Part shown: positions 33,317 to 45,105 of the stretch, piece after piece
Position numbering within the stretch: the stretch's first letter is position 1
Layout of the letters: each line of letters begins with the position of its first letter
Origin: Alphaproteobacteria bacterium
GTDB lineage: Bacteria; Pseudomonadota; Alphaproteobacteria; Micropepsales; Micropepsaceae
Direction of reading: 5' to 3'
Assembly (NCBI GenBank): GCA_016124385.1
Contig: WGNU01000003.1
Span: 27,731-91,730 of the forward strand
Length of the DNA: 64,000 bases
Made by a program: the position numbers and the translations under genes
The notes under the pieces: model-generated
The model's input: only the letters and a program-made list of their open reading frames with translations
Databases searched by the model: none
What the model was told of the DNA's origin: nothing

Positions 33317-35367
33317 GCCCTAAGCCAACGAGGATCCCGATGCCCGCTTCGCTCGCCGCGCGCCTGTCCGGCCTTCTCAAGGCCGTCGTCGCCCTTCTCT
33401 TGAGCGCAGGGGTTGCGCACGCCGCCGCCCTCATCCCGCGTGGCGACCTCTTCGGCAATCCGGAGCGCGCGTCGGCGAAGATCAGCCCGGACGGCAGCCG
33501 CATCGCGTTGCTCGCGCCGCGCGATGGCGTGCTGAACGTCTGGGTGGCGCCGACCGGCGACATCGATGCCGCCAAACCCCTGACGCAATCGCGCGAGCGC
33601 CCGATCCGTCAGTTCTTCTGGTCGGCCTCGGGCGACAGCGTGATCTATCTGAACGACAAGGCGGGCGATGAGAACTATCTCCTCTACGCCGTCGATGTCG
33701 CGAGCGGCGCGGAGACGGCGCTCACGCCCTTCGAGAAGACGCGCGCGATCCCCATCAAGGCAAGCTGGCGCCATCCCGATGACATCCTCGTCGGCCTCAA
33801 TGACCGCGACCCGCAATGGCACGATCTCTATCGCGTGAACGTGAAGACGGGCGAGCGCACGCTCGTCCTGGAAAACACCGAGCGGCTCGATGAGTTCGTC
33901 GCCGACGACGATCTGGTGCTGCGCTTCGTCTCGCGCACGACCGATGACGGCGGCACGGAAATCCTGCGCGTCGGCGACGACGGAAAGTCGCTTCAGACCT
34001 ATACGACCATCCCGTACGAGGACGCGCTCACCGGCATGCTCGGCCTGACGAGCGACGGAAAAACGCTCTACATGGACGAGACGCGCGGCCGCGACAAAGT
34101 CGCCGTCACCGCGACGGACCTTGCGAGCGGCGAAACGAAAGTGATCGCCGAGAGCGAGGTCGCAGACGTGAGTTCGCTCATCACCGACCCCGAAAGCGAC
34201 CGCGCTCTCGCCTACGGCGTCGACTATCTGACGACCACCTGGACGGCGATCGATCCCGCGATCGCGCCGGACATCGCCTTCCTCAACGAGCATCTGAAGG
34301 GCAATTGGTCGATCGCGAGCCAGACGCGCGACAACGCGACCTGGGTCATCCTCTCCGATCCGGTGACGGAACCGGCGAACTACCAGATCTACAAGCGCGC
34401 CGACCGTACGCTGACGCCGCTCTTCACCATCCGCCCGAAGCTGAAGGGCGCGCCCTTGAGCGCGATGTACCCCATTGAGATCCGCGCGCGCGACGGCCTG
34501 ACGCTCGTGGCCTATCTGACGCTTCCCAAGGACAGCGATCCCGACGGCGACGGCCGCCCGCCCGCGCCCTTGGCGATGGTGCTGAACGTCCATGGCGGGC
34601 CGTGGGCGCGCGATTCCTATGGCTACGATCCCGAAGCGCAATGGCTCGCCAATCGCGGCTATGCGGTGCTGCAGGTCAACTATCGCGGCTCCTCGGGCTT
34701 CGGCAAGGCCTTCATCAATGCCGGCGACCGCGAATGGGGCGGCAAGATGCACGACGACCTGATCGATGCCGTCAATTGGGCGGTCATGCGCGGTATCGCG
34801 CGGCGCGACCGCATTGCCATCTATGGCGGCTCCTATGGCGGCTATGCCGCGCTTGTCGGCCTGACGTTCACGCCGACGACGTTCGCCTGCGGCGTCGACA
34901 TCGTGGGCGTTGCGAACCTGACGACGTTCATGAATACGATCCCGCCCTATTGGGAATCCTTCCGCGAACAGATGTATCGCCGCGTCGGCGATCCGCGTAC
35001 GCAGGAAGGGCTGGCGTTCCTCAAATCCCGCTCGCCCGTCACCAAGGCGGACGCGATCGTGCGGCCCCTGCTGATCGCGCAGGGCGCAAACGATCCCCGC
35101 GTCAACAAGGCCGAATCCGATCAGATCGCGGCCGCGATGACGCGGGCGAACATTCCGGTCACCTATGTGCTCTATCCCGACGAGGGCCACGGCTTCGCGC
35201 GGCCGGAGAACCGCAAATCCTTCTATGCGATCGCGGAAGCCTTCCTCAGCGGCTGTATCGGCGGGCGCTTCGAGCCAATCGGCGATGATTTCGCGGGCGC
35301 GAGCCTTGAGGTGCTTGAGGGGGCCGATGCGGTGCCGGGCCTCAAAGCCGCGCTCGATTCGCAATGA
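33313..35367 (+). CDS. S9 family serine peptidase (prolyl oligopeptidase/dipeptidyl aminopeptidase-like)
   Basis: Signal peptide, beta-propeller region, and a catalytic domain with GGSYGGY nucleophile elbow, QGANDPRV and DEGHGF (Ser-Asp-His). GTG overlaps the upstream stop. Confidence 0.9.
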   Translation: MSPKPTRIPMPASLAARLSGLLKAVVALLLSAGVAHAAALIPRGDLFGNPERASAKISPDGSRIALLAPRDGVLNVWVAPTGDIDAAKPLTQSRERPIRQFFWSASGDSVIYLNDKAGDENYLLYAVDVASGAETALTPFEKTRAIPIKASWRHPDDILVGLNDRDPQWHDLYRVNVKTGERTLVLENTERLDEFVADDDLVLRFVSRTTDDGGTEILRVGDDGKSLQTYTTIPYEDALTGMLGLTSDGKTLYMDETRGRDKVAVTATDLASGETKVIAESEVADVSSLITDPESDRALAYGVDYLTTTWTAIDPAIAPDIAFLNEHLKGNWSIASQTRDNATWVILSDPVTEPANYQIYKRADRTLTPLFTIRPKLKGAPLSAMYPIEIRARDGLTLVAYLTLPKDSDPDGDGRPPAPLAMVLNVHGGPWARDSYGYDPEAQWLANRGYAVLQVNYRGSSGFGKAFINAGDREWGGKMHDDLIDAVNWAVMRGIARRDRIAIYGGSYGGYAALVGLTFTPTTFACGVDIVGVANLTTFMNTIPPYWESFREQMYRRVGDPRTQEGLAFLKSRSPVTKADAIVRPLLIAQGANDPRVNKAESDQIAAAMTRANIPVTYVLYPDEGHGFARPENRKSFYAIAEAFLSGCIGGRFEPIGDDFAGASLEVLEGADAVPGLKAALDSQ

Positions 35368-35496
35368 CGCCACAAGCGGGAGGTGGCCGATCGGCCACAC
35401 CGCACACGCGGCGGCCGATCGAGGGTCGCAACCGGCGCCCGCGCTGGGCATAATCGCGCCGCCACGACCAGCCGCGACCCGAGACGGGAGTGACCC

Positions 35497-36108
35497 ATGC
35501 TGTTGCTGAGATCGGCGCTCATCGCCGCGCTCGTGCTCGCAGCCGCGCTTGGCGCCAGCGCGCAGCAGGCGCCTCAAGACCCGCCGGCCCAGCCCCGCCC
35601 CGTGGCGCGAGCCATCGATTGGATCGAGGCGCGCCGCGCGGCCGCCGAAAGCGAGAAAACCCAGCGCACCGCCGCCATCAACGCCTTCGCGCGGCTCGAC
35701 CAGCGCGCGATCGATGAGACGCGGCTCCCCCTGCTCATCCCGACGCGCCGGCCGCTCCTTGATCGCATGCGGCTGATGTCGACCGGCGATACCTACGTGC
35801 TCTCCTCGCGCGAGGACGGCGCGACGATCGAGATCGTCGGCACGCGCCTCGCGGCGACGGCGCCCAAAGGTCCGTTGGCAGAGCAATTGGCGCGCCGCAT
35901 GAAGGACATGCGGGCCCGCGGCTATCTTATCGAGCGGACGGAGACGGGGTTCGATCTCTCCTTCTCGCGCTTCGGCGCGGCCTATTCGATGACGATCGAA
36001 TGCGCGGAACTCATCCGCGACGAGCGCTGCCGGCGGGAGGATTACCTGCGCGAGCTCTATGAGGGCATGGGCGTGGTGCTCGGCAAGGCGGCCGGAGAGC
36101 AGCAATGA
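35497..36108 (+). CDS. secreted hypothetical protein
   Basis: Signal peptide (LIAALVLAAALGASAQQ). No recognised domain. The stop overlaps the next gene's start (ATGA). Confidence 0.6.
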   Translation: MLLLRSALIAALVLAAALGASAQQAPQDPPAQPRPVARAIDWIEARRAAAESEKTQRTAAINAFARLDQRAIDETRLPLLIPTRRPLLDRMRLMSTGDTYVLSSREDGATIEIVGTRLAATAPKGPLAEQLARRMKDMRARGYLIERTETGFDLSFSRFGAAYSMTIECAELIRDERCRREDYLRELYEGMGVVLGKAAGEQQ

Positions 36109-36926
36109 TGGACAGCTTCATCCGCGTCGGCTCGCTCGTTATCATGATCGGTCTTGTGTGGGCGCTCTATGCCGGGATCGTGGGTGAGGAGACGGCCTCG
36201 TCCCCCACGCCCGAGGCGCCGACGGAAGAAACGCCGCCCGAGGAAACCCCGCCCGAGGAAACGCCAGGCGAACAGGCGGACGAAGATCTCGCCGAACCCG
36301 ACTTCGCTTTCCGCCCAACCGGCGAGTTGCAAGCGGGTTCGGGCACCGGCCAGACCGACGGCACGGTCTGGGCGCCCGCGATGCGTTTTCCGCTCGAGAG
36401 CGCGCCAGCCTATCTCAACAGTCAGGTCTATGGCGTCGGTGGCAGCCAGGGGCCGTCCGGCAACGGACAGTGCGATACGCGCAACTATGCCTATCCCTGG
36501 CGCGACAATTTCTGCGAGACGCGCTCCCACAACACGCTGATGTGTCCCGCCGCCGTCGGCCATCAGGGCCAGGACATCCGCCCCGCGACGTGCAAGAAGG
36601 CCGTTCATTGGGCGGTCGCGGCGGAAGACGGCCGCATCACCAACATCGGCACCTATACGGTGTTCCTCACCGCCGATTCAGGCCGTCTCTTCCGCTATCT
36701 CCACCTCGACATGGGGCGCTTGAACGTGATCGTCGGGCAGGAGGTGAAACGCGGCGACCGCATCGGCCTCGTCTCGAACGATTTCGGATCGACCGTCACG
36801 ACCATCCATCTCCATTTCGAGATCAAGGAAGCGATCGACACCGGCGAAGGCCAGGTCTTCACGTTCGTCTCGCCCTATACGAGTTTGGTCGAGGCCTATG
36901 AAAGGCTGCGTGCCGGCAATCCCTAG
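36105..36926 (+). CDS. membrane-anchored M23 (LytM-type) metallopeptidase with PEETP repeats
   Basis: TM helix, then TEETPPEETPPEETPGE repeats. HQGQD (HxxxD) and HLHFE (HxH) are the zinc ligands. Confidence 0.82.
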   Translation: MMDSFIRVGSLVIMIGLVWALYAGIVGEETASSPTPEAPTEETPPEETPPEETPGEQADEDLAEPDFAFRPTGELQAGSGTGQTDGTVWAPAMRFPLESAPAYLNSQVYGVGGSQGPSGNGQCDTRNYAYPWRDNFCETRSHNTLMCPAAVGHQGQDIRPATCKKAVHWAVAAEDGRITNIGTYTVFLTADSGRLFRYLHLDMGRLNVIVGQEVKRGDRIGLVSNDFGSTVTTIHLHFEIKEAIDTGEGQVFTFVSPYTSLVEAYERLRAGNP

Positions 36927-36973
36927 AGCAACGCGCGGAAAAGTGGTTACCGGTTTTCCGCAAAGCGCTGCGA

Positions 36974-37023
36974 CAAAAAAAGGCGTGAGGGGCGCCGCGA
37001 ACTGATGTGAGCGAACGCCCCTC
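36974..37023 (-). terminator. rho-independent terminator of the carbonic anhydrase gene
   Basis: On the minus strand, GAGGGGCG...CGCCCCTC stem followed by ACGCCTTTTTTT. Confidence 0.55.
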
Positions 37024-37646
37024 TAAGCGCCGCCCGCGATATCGCGGAAGGTGCCGCTCGCCTCGTCCAGCCACTCCAGCCGTCCGGTGAAGACGCTGAA
37101 GCGCGCCCCCTGGAGAGCCAGCCGTCCCTCCTTTTCGGCGCGCGCGACGAATGGAAAGCCTCTCAGGCGGTTGAGCGAAACGACGATCGACGCGCGCTCC
37201 AGCGCCGCACACGGATCATCGCCATAGGCGTGCATGAGCGCCTTAGCCGGTTCCAGAAGCGCGATCCATTGCTTCAAGAAGCTGAGCTCCTCGTTTTCCA
37301 CGCCATGAACCGCCCCGGCAACGCCGCCGCAGCGCTCATGCCCGAGAACGAGAATCAGGCCGACGCGCAGCACCTGCACGGCGAACTCGATCGCGGCGCT
37401 CGTGCCGTGAAGGCCCTCGCCCTGCTCGTAGGGCGGAACGAGGTTGGCCACGTTGCGGATGGTGAAAAGCTGGCCGGGCGGCGTATCGAAGATCGCGACC
37501 GGCTCCACGCGTGAGTCACAGCACGAGATCACGCAGACGGGCGGGCGCTGTCCCTCGGCGAGCGTTTGATAGAGCTGCTGCTGGCGCGGCCACGCCGTCT
37601 GGCGAAACCGGAAATATCCCTCGACCAGCTGATCCATCCTCGCCAC
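37023..37646 (-). CDS. can: beta-class carbonic anhydrase
   Basis: VISCCDSRV, NVANLV and LGHERCGG give the Cys-Asp-Arg...His-x2-Cys zinc site of beta-CAs. Confidence 0.92.
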   Translation of the reverse strand: MARMDQLVEGYFRFRQTAWPRQQQLYQTLAEGQRPPVCVISCCDSRVEPVAIFDTPPGQLFTIRNVANLVPPYEQGEGLHGTSAAIEFAVQVLRVGLILVLGHERCGGVAGAVHGVENEELSFLKQWIALLEPAKALMHAYGDDPCAALERASIVVSLNRLRGFPFVARAEKEGRLALQGARFSVFTGRLEWLDEASGTFRDIAGGA

Positions 37647-37691
37647 ACTCCTCTACGCGGAGAGTGAAACCTGCGGTCCTGGCACGCGAAG

Positions 37692-37907
37692 TCAAGGCCG
37701 CATGAACATGTAATCCGTATCCGGATCGACATTCTCGGCTGCCGCCAGCAATTCCTGGCGCACATCCGCGACCGGCCGCCTCTCGAGAAACGCCGTCACG
37801 GCGAGCGAAAGCATCGCCCGCGCCAGCGCGTCGGAATCATAGCCTGTGGATGCAGCCTCAGCGCGGGCCGCCTCGAAATGCTGGCGCGCGATAGCGGTTA
37901 TGCTCAT
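37692..37907 (-). CDS. small hypothetical protein (71 aa)
   Basis: ORF codirectional with and just upstream of the carbonic anhydrase gene. Helical composition. Family not recognised. Confidence 0.4.
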   Translation of the reverse strand: MSITAIARQHFEAARAEAASTGYDSDALARAMLSLAVTAFLERRPVADVRQELLAAAENVDPDTDYMFMRP

Positions 37908-38010
37908 GGTCGGCTTCCTGTGTCGAAGAAGATCGAGATGAAATCATTCTCCCGCTGGAAGGGTGAGCCACCCTTGACAGGGATCAAGTGTTTGCGGCCT
38001 GTCCCCCGCC

Positions 38011-38649
38011 ATGCCGACGCTGACACGCTATTTCGCAACGCCGATCTATGAGGCCGCCCTGCCGCCAGTCACCACGGGCGCGCTCAATCGCCGCCTCGCT
38101 GCCTCGATCGCGGCGCTCGCGCGCGACGATGGCGCGGGCATCGCCTGGTGCCGCGAGAACGCCTATCCCGGATACACGTCCTACGGGTCTTTGAACGATC
38201 TCGCCTGGCGCGATCCGGTCTTCGCCGAACTGGAAAGCCTGATCGCGCCGCATGTGCGCCGCTTCGTCCGCGCCCTGGCGCTCGAGATGCGCGGCAGGAC
38301 GCTTCTCTGCGACAGCCTCTGGGTGAACGCGCTAGCGGCCGGCGGCGCGCATTCGGGGCACATCCACCCGGGGAGCCTGATCAGCGGCACGTATTACGTG
38401 GCGATCCCGAAGGGCGCGAGCGCCATCCGCTTCGAAGACCCGCGTCTGGGCCTGATGATGGCGGCGCCCCCGCCCCGCGCCACCGCGCCCGCCGCGCGCC
38501 AGCGCTTCATCGCGCGCGCGCCGCGGCCGGGATCGCTGCTTCTTTGGGAAAGCTGGCTGCGGCACGAGGTGCCGGCGAACGGCGCGAAATCGCCCCGCCT
38601 CTCGGTCAGCTTCAACTACGCGCTGGCCGACAAGGAAACCGCCCGCTAG
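38011..38649 (+). CDS. TIGR02466-type putative 2OG-Fe(II) oxygenase-like protein (2OG-FeII_Oxy_5)
   Basis: FATPIYEA N-terminus, SLWVNAL..GG.HSGHIHPGSLISGTYYV, FEDPR, PGSLLLWESWLRHEV, RLSVSFNY. Confidence 0.75.
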   Translation: MPTLTRYFATPIYEAALPPVTTGALNRRLAASIAALARDDGAGIAWCRENAYPGYTSYGSLNDLAWRDPVFAELESLIAPHVRRFVRALALEMRGRTLLCDSLWVNALAAGGAHSGHIHPGSLISGTYYVAIPKGASAIRFEDPRLGLMMAAPPPRATAPAARQRFIARAPRPGSLLLWESWLRHEVPANGAKSPRLSVSFNYALADKETAR

Positions 38650-39011
38650 ATCGCCTCGTCCGTCTCCGAGCCCGGCGCCCCCGTCGCCCAGAGAATGGCG
38701 ACGAACGCGCCCTTCGCGCGCGGCAGAAACCACAGGGTCGCCACAAGGCCGACCAGCGGCCACAGCACCATCGGCATCCACATCGGCCAGACGGCCACGT
38801 ACTCGACGCCGATCGCGATCGGCACGAGCACATGCCCGATCACGAGGATGCTGAGCCAGGCCGGCCCGTCATCGGCCCTGATATGCCCGAGTGGCTCCCC
38901 GCACGCGGCGCAGGCCTCGACGGGCTTGAGATAAGCGCGGAAAAGCGAGCCCTTCCCGCAATTGGGGCAGCGCCCGGAAAGCCCGCGCAGGATCGCACCC
39001 GTCATCGCCAT
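38646..39011 (-). CDS. DUF983 family membrane protein with zinc ribbon
   Basis: From ATG 39011: GRCPNCGKGSLFRAYLKPVEACAACGE...DGPAW, followed by two TM helices. The track extension to 39107 is rejected. Confidence 0.78.
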   Translation of the reverse strand: MAMTGAILRGLSGRCPNCGKGSLFRAYLKPVEACAACGEPLGHIRADDGPAWLSILVIGHVLVPIAIGVEYVAVWPMWMPMVLWPLVGLVATLWFLPRAKGAFVAILWATGAPGSETDEAI

Positions 39012-39148
39012 GCCGCCTCGCCGTGAGAGGAACCGCCCCCTTAGGTGGCGTGCCGCGGCCCCGCGCGGTAGGCCGCGGATTGTCGCATCACCGTCCCAGC
39101 CTGACACAGATGTGACTTGCGCGTGCCGGGAGCCGCGCCGTTCACTCC

Positions 39149-40225
39149 TTGCAATGGGCGATGGGCGGGAGCGGCGGCGTGACGATCGAAAACGTGCGGA
39201 CCTATTACGGCGAGATCCTTCAGGGATCTGAGAGCCTGAAGACCAACGCGTGCTGCACGCCCGACGCGATGCCCGCGCTTGCCAAATCCGCGCTCGCCAA
39301 CGTGCATGACGCGGTGCTCGCCCGCTATTACGGCTGCGGCCTCGTACTGCCCGAGGCGCTGGAGGGCGCCCGCATCCTCGATCTCGGCTGCGGCGCGGGG
39401 CGCGATGTGTTCCTGCTGGCCCAGCTCGTGGGCGAGCGCGGCCACGTCACCGGCATCGACGCGACGCCCGGCCAATTGGCGGTCGCCCGCGCGCACGAGG
39501 ATTGGCACCGCACGCGCTTCGGCTATCAGAACGCGAACACGGCCTTCCTCGACGGCGAGATCGAGCGCCTGGGCGAGCGCGGCCTTCGCCCGCAGAGCTT
39601 CGACATCATCGTCTCCAATTGCGTGATCAATCTGTGCCGCGACAAGCGCGCGGTGCTGGCGGGCGCGCGGACGCTCTTAAAGCCCGGCGGCGAGATCTAT
39701 TTCGCCGACATCTACGCCGACCGGCGCCTTCCCTCAGGGCTGATGGACGATCCCGTGCTGCATGGCGAGTGCCTCGCGGGCGCACTCTATTGGAACGATT
39801 TTCAGACCATGGCGAAGGCGGTGGGCTTCGGCGATCCGCGCCTCGTCGCCGATCGCGAAGTGACGGTGGAGGATGCCGCCATCCGCGAACGCCTCGGCGC
39901 CGCGCGGTTTTTCTCCGCGACCTATCGGCTCTTCAACATCGAGGGGCTGGAGCCCGCCTGCGAGGATTATGGGCAGGCGGTCATCTACAAGGGCACGATC
40001 CCGCACCACGCCCACGCATTCACGCTCGACAAGCATCACGCGATCGAAACCGGCAAAGTGTTCCCCGTCTGCGGCAACACCTTCCGCATGCTGAACGAAA
40101 GCCGCTTGGCCCCGCACTTCGAGTTCATCGGAGACACGTCCCGCCACTTCGGCATCTTCGCGGGCTGCGGAACGATGATGCCGTACGACGAGGCCGCAAC
40201 TACCGCCTCAAGCGGGTGTTGTTAG
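39149..40225 (+). CDS. arsM: arsenite S-adenosylmethionine methyltransferase-like protein
   Basis: VRTYYGEIL...LKTNACCT (paired Cys), ILDLGCGAGRD motif I, IVSNCVINL Cys, GECLAGALY Cys, Cys-rich C-terminus. TTG at 39149 or ATG at 39161 as start. Confidence 0.82.
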   Translation: MQWAMGGSGGVTIENVRTYYGEILQGSESLKTNACCTPDAMPALAKSALANVHDAVLARYYGCGLVLPEALEGARILDLGCGAGRDVFLLAQLVGERGHVTGIDATPGQLAVARAHEDWHRTRFGYQNANTAFLDGEIERLGERGLRPQSFDIIVSNCVINLCRDKRAVLAGARTLLKPGGEIYFADIYADRRLPSGLMDDPVLHGECLAGALYWNDFQTMAKAVGFGDPRLVADREVTVEDAAIRERLGAARFFSATYRLFNIEGLEPACEDYGQAVIYKGTIPHHAHAFTLDKHHAIETGKVFPVCGNTFRMLNESRLAPHFEFIGDTSRHFGIFAGCGTMMPYDEAATTASSGCC

Positions 40226-40512
40226 CGTCCGCGCCGTTCGCGACCGTGCCACAGGCGGATGATGACAATGGCGTCGTCCCGCACCTGGTAGCGGATGATG
40301 TAGCGGGAGCGCCCGAAGCGAAGAATGATTTCGCGCAGATCACGGCGTGGCCCTGGCCTGCCGCGCTCCGCCAGATTGCCGAGCGATTGAACCGCCTCGC
40401 TGATGCGCACGGACAAACTCACCGCTGCGGCGGGGTTTCGCTCAATCAGGAAATCGGCAAGACGCTCAAGGTCCTTGACGGCCGACGGCCGAAACCGGAC
40501 CGGCCGGCTCAC
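40222..40512 (-). CDS. parE: type II toxin, RelE/ParE family
   Basis: 96 aa: FRPSAVKDLERLADFL......A......I.EAV.SL...P..GRP......LRE....FG.S.YIIRY......I.IIRLWHGRE. The GTG start overlaps the antitoxin stop (GTGA). Confidence 0.8.
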   Translation of the reverse strand: MSRPVRFRPSAVKDLERLADFLIERNPAAAVSLSVRISEAVQSLGNLAERGRPGPRRDLREIILRFGRSRYIIRYQVRDDAIVIIRLWHGRERRGR

Positions 40513-40745
40513 TTCGCCGGGCCGACGCCTTCGGCGACGCGGCGCCGGAACGTCTCAAGCGCAACGTCGGCGGCGACGTCCTCGCCCGGCTCGTCAAGAC
40601 GGCGCAAATCCTCGGCCCAGTCGTCGAGCCACGCCTCCATGGCGCGCTCGACCAGATCGCCGACGGTGAGCCCAGTGGCTTCCGCGGCCAGCCGCGCGCG
40701 CTCAGCGGTTTCCGCGTCGACCTCGATGCTTGTCTTTGCGCCCAT
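40509..40745 (-). CDS. parD: type II antitoxin (ParD/RHH-like)
   Basis: 78-aa acidic protein directly upstream of and overlapping parE. Confidence 0.7.
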   Translation of the reverse strand: MGAKTSIEVDAETAERARLAAEATGLTVGDLVERAMEAWLDDWAEDLRRLDEPGEDVAADVALETFRRRVAEGVGPAK

Positions 40746-40765
40746 GGAGAAAGCCTAGCCCAACC

Positions 40766-42964
<2,199 letters not shown>

Positions 42965-43055
42965 CGAACCGGTGGACCTTGGTAAGAAGAAAGTCGTCAA
43001 AAGGGCGAAAAAGGGCGACGCCGGTACGGCGCTCGCCCCAGGTTTGGGTTTTGGC

Positions 43056-44942
43056 TTAGGCGTCGGGCGGCGCGGCGGCACGGGTGCCAGCCTCCCCGGT
43101 CATGGGGCGCTCGAATCGAGAAAGTCGCTGTTCGATGTCGTTCATGCGCGCCCTGTTCGCCTCGGAAGGATCTCGCGCCCAGGCTCCGCGGGCCTGTCGC
43201 AGCTCGTCTCTCAATAAGGCCTCATCCTGACATCGCGCGAGGGTCGCAAGCCACCCGCCTTCGACGTCTTTGGCGCTCGCATCCGCTTGTGTAAAGCGAA
43301 GGAGTGCAAGCGCAGGTTGCGCCATGAGGCGCTTAATCGTCTCCGCAAATCCCCTCTGCGCTAAGTGGTCACAAACGCCTTGACTGTCAAGGCTTAGGCC
43401 CTCCGCCGCGAGGCCCAGCAGCGCGTCGCGCAGACGCGTCATCGCTTCGCCGGAAAGCGAAATCGCCTGAATCGCCTCGTAGTGGGCATCCAGCAGGAAG
43501 GGATGCCGCAGAATTCCAAGCAGGAGCGCCTCCTCCCGTGCGAGCCCACCGGAGCCCAGACCCTGTCGCGCACGCCGTGCGAGGGCGTTCTGGGCGAGCA
43601 CCGGATCGGGCCCGACCGGGCGCGGCCGGGCGGCAGCATCGCGCGGCCAGCGCCGCTCGGAACGCACCGGCGTCTCGCGCGCGCCGCGTCCGAACAACTG
43701 ATCGAGCCGCGCCTTGAAATCCGCCCGGTAATGGCCCTTCACGGTCTGATCGCCGATCGCATCGAGCATCTGGAAGAGCCGCGTCTCGAGCCCCGCCCGC
43801 CGCTCGGGCGTGCGCAGATCGACGCCCGCGAGCTCCTTCGTCCAGAGAAGATCGATCAGCGGCATTGCCTCGCTGACGAGCGATTTGAGGGGCTCTGCGC
43901 CCTCGTCCCGGAGGATGTCGTCGGGATCGCGCCCTTCGGGCAGAAGGACGAAGCGGAGCGACTGGCCGGGCTTCAGAAGCGGCAGCGCGCGCTCGGCCGC
44001 CCGGTGCGCGGCGCGCAGGCCCGCCGCGTCGCCGTCGAAACAGAGCGTCGGCTCGGGCGCGATCCGCCACATCATCTCAAGCTGCGTTTCGGTGAGCGCC
44101 GTGCCGAGCGGCGCGACCGCCTGCCCGATGCCCGCCCGCGTGAGCGCGATCACGTCCAGATAACCCTCGGCCGCAATGATCTCGCGCGCGCGGTGCGCCG
44201 GCTCGCGCGCCTTGTCGAGATTGTAGAGCGTGCGGCCTTTGTCGAAGACCCGCGTCTCGGGCGAGTTGATGTATTTCGGTTTGGCATCGGGCGAAAGCGC
44301 GCGCCCGCCGAACGCGATCACGCGGCCCCGCGCGTCGCGGATCGGAAACATCACGCGGTGCCGGAAGAGATCGCGCGCCTCGCGGCCCTCCTCCTCGCGG
44401 ATGAGCAGCCCCGCCTCGCGCAGCGCCTCGATCGGCATGCCCTTCGCCTTGAAGTGCTGCATCACCGCTGTGCCGGTGCCGGGCGCATAGCCGAGCCCGA
44501 ATTGCGTCGCGACCGCGCTGTCGAGCCCGCGGCCCTTCAGATAGGCCCGCGCCTCGGCGCCGCGCGGCGAGCGCAATTCGTCGGCAAAGAATGTGGCGGC
44601 CTCGGCCAGCACGTCCATGACGCCGGAGCGCGCCTGCGCTTCCTCGCGCCCCTGCGCACTGGGCGCGGGAAGCGCGACGCCGGCTTCATCGGCGAGGCGC
44701 TCCAGCGCCTCGCGAAAGCCAAGGCCCTCGGTCTCCATCACGAAGGTGAAGAGATCGCCATGCGCGCCGCATCCGAAGCAATGATAAAAGCCCTTCTCCT
44801 CGACGACGCCAAACGAGGGCGTCTTTTCGTTGTGGAAGGGACAGAGACCGACATACTCCCGGCCCTTGCGCACCAGCCGCACTTTTCGCCCGACGATGTC
44901 GGCGAGGCTCAATCGGGCGCGGATCTCGTCTTGGACCGTCAA
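43056..44942 (-). CDS. dnaG: DNA primase
   Basis: Zinc finger [11 protein letters not shown]...[11 protein letters not shown] and a TOPRIM region ([10 protein letters not shown]). Upstream of rpoD as usual. TTG start. Confidence 0.94.
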   Translation of the reverse strand: MTVQDEIRARLSLADIVGRKVRLVRKGREYVGLCPFHNEKTPSFGVVEEKGFYHCFGCGAHGDLFTFVMETEGLGFREALERLADEAGVALPAPSAQGREEAQARSGVMDVLAEAATFFADELRSPRGAEARAYLKGRGLDSAVATQFGLGYAPGTGTAVMQHFKAKGMPIEALREAGLLIREEEGREARDLFRHRVMFPIRDARGRVIAFGGRALSPDAKPKYINSPETRVFDKGRTLYNLDKAREPAHRAREIIAAEGYLDVIALTRAGIGQAVAPLGTALTETQLEMMWRIAPEPTLCFDGDAAGLRAAHRAAERALPLLKPGQSLRFVLLPEGRDPDDILRDEGAEPLKSLVSEAMPLIDLLWTKELAGVDLRTPERRAGLETRLFQMLDAIGDQTVKGHYRADFKARLDQLFGRGARETPVRSERRWPRDAAARPRPVGPDPVLAQNALARRARQGLGSGGLAREEALLLGILRHPFLLDAHYEAIQAISLSGEAMTRLRDALLGLAAEGLSLDSQGVCDHLAQRGFAETIKRLMAQPALALLRFTQADASAKDVEGGWLATLARCQDEALLRDELRQARGAWARDPSEANRARMNDIEQRLSRFERPMTGEAGTRAAAPPDA

Positions 44943-44959
44943 GGCATTGTTTCCACCTA

Positions 44960-45075
44960 TTCAGTCCTCCCCCGTTCAAGGGGGGAGGTGTCGCGCAGCG
45001 ACGGAGGGGGAGCATCTTTAAATTGGCCCCCTCCCCGGCTACGCCGGACCTCCCCCGCGAGCGGGGGAGGAGGGC
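44960..45075. repeat. cluster of CCTCCCCC/GGGGGAGG hairpin repeats (rhizobial REP-like)
   Basis: CCTCCCCC-gttcaag-GGGGGAGG (44966-44988), GGAGGGGG...CCCCCTCC (45003-45034) and CCTCCCCCGC-ga-GCGGGGGAGG (45049-45070). Confidence 0.7.
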
Positions 45076-45105
45076 GCCTCGAATCGGAGAAACATACGCG
45101 CCAGT

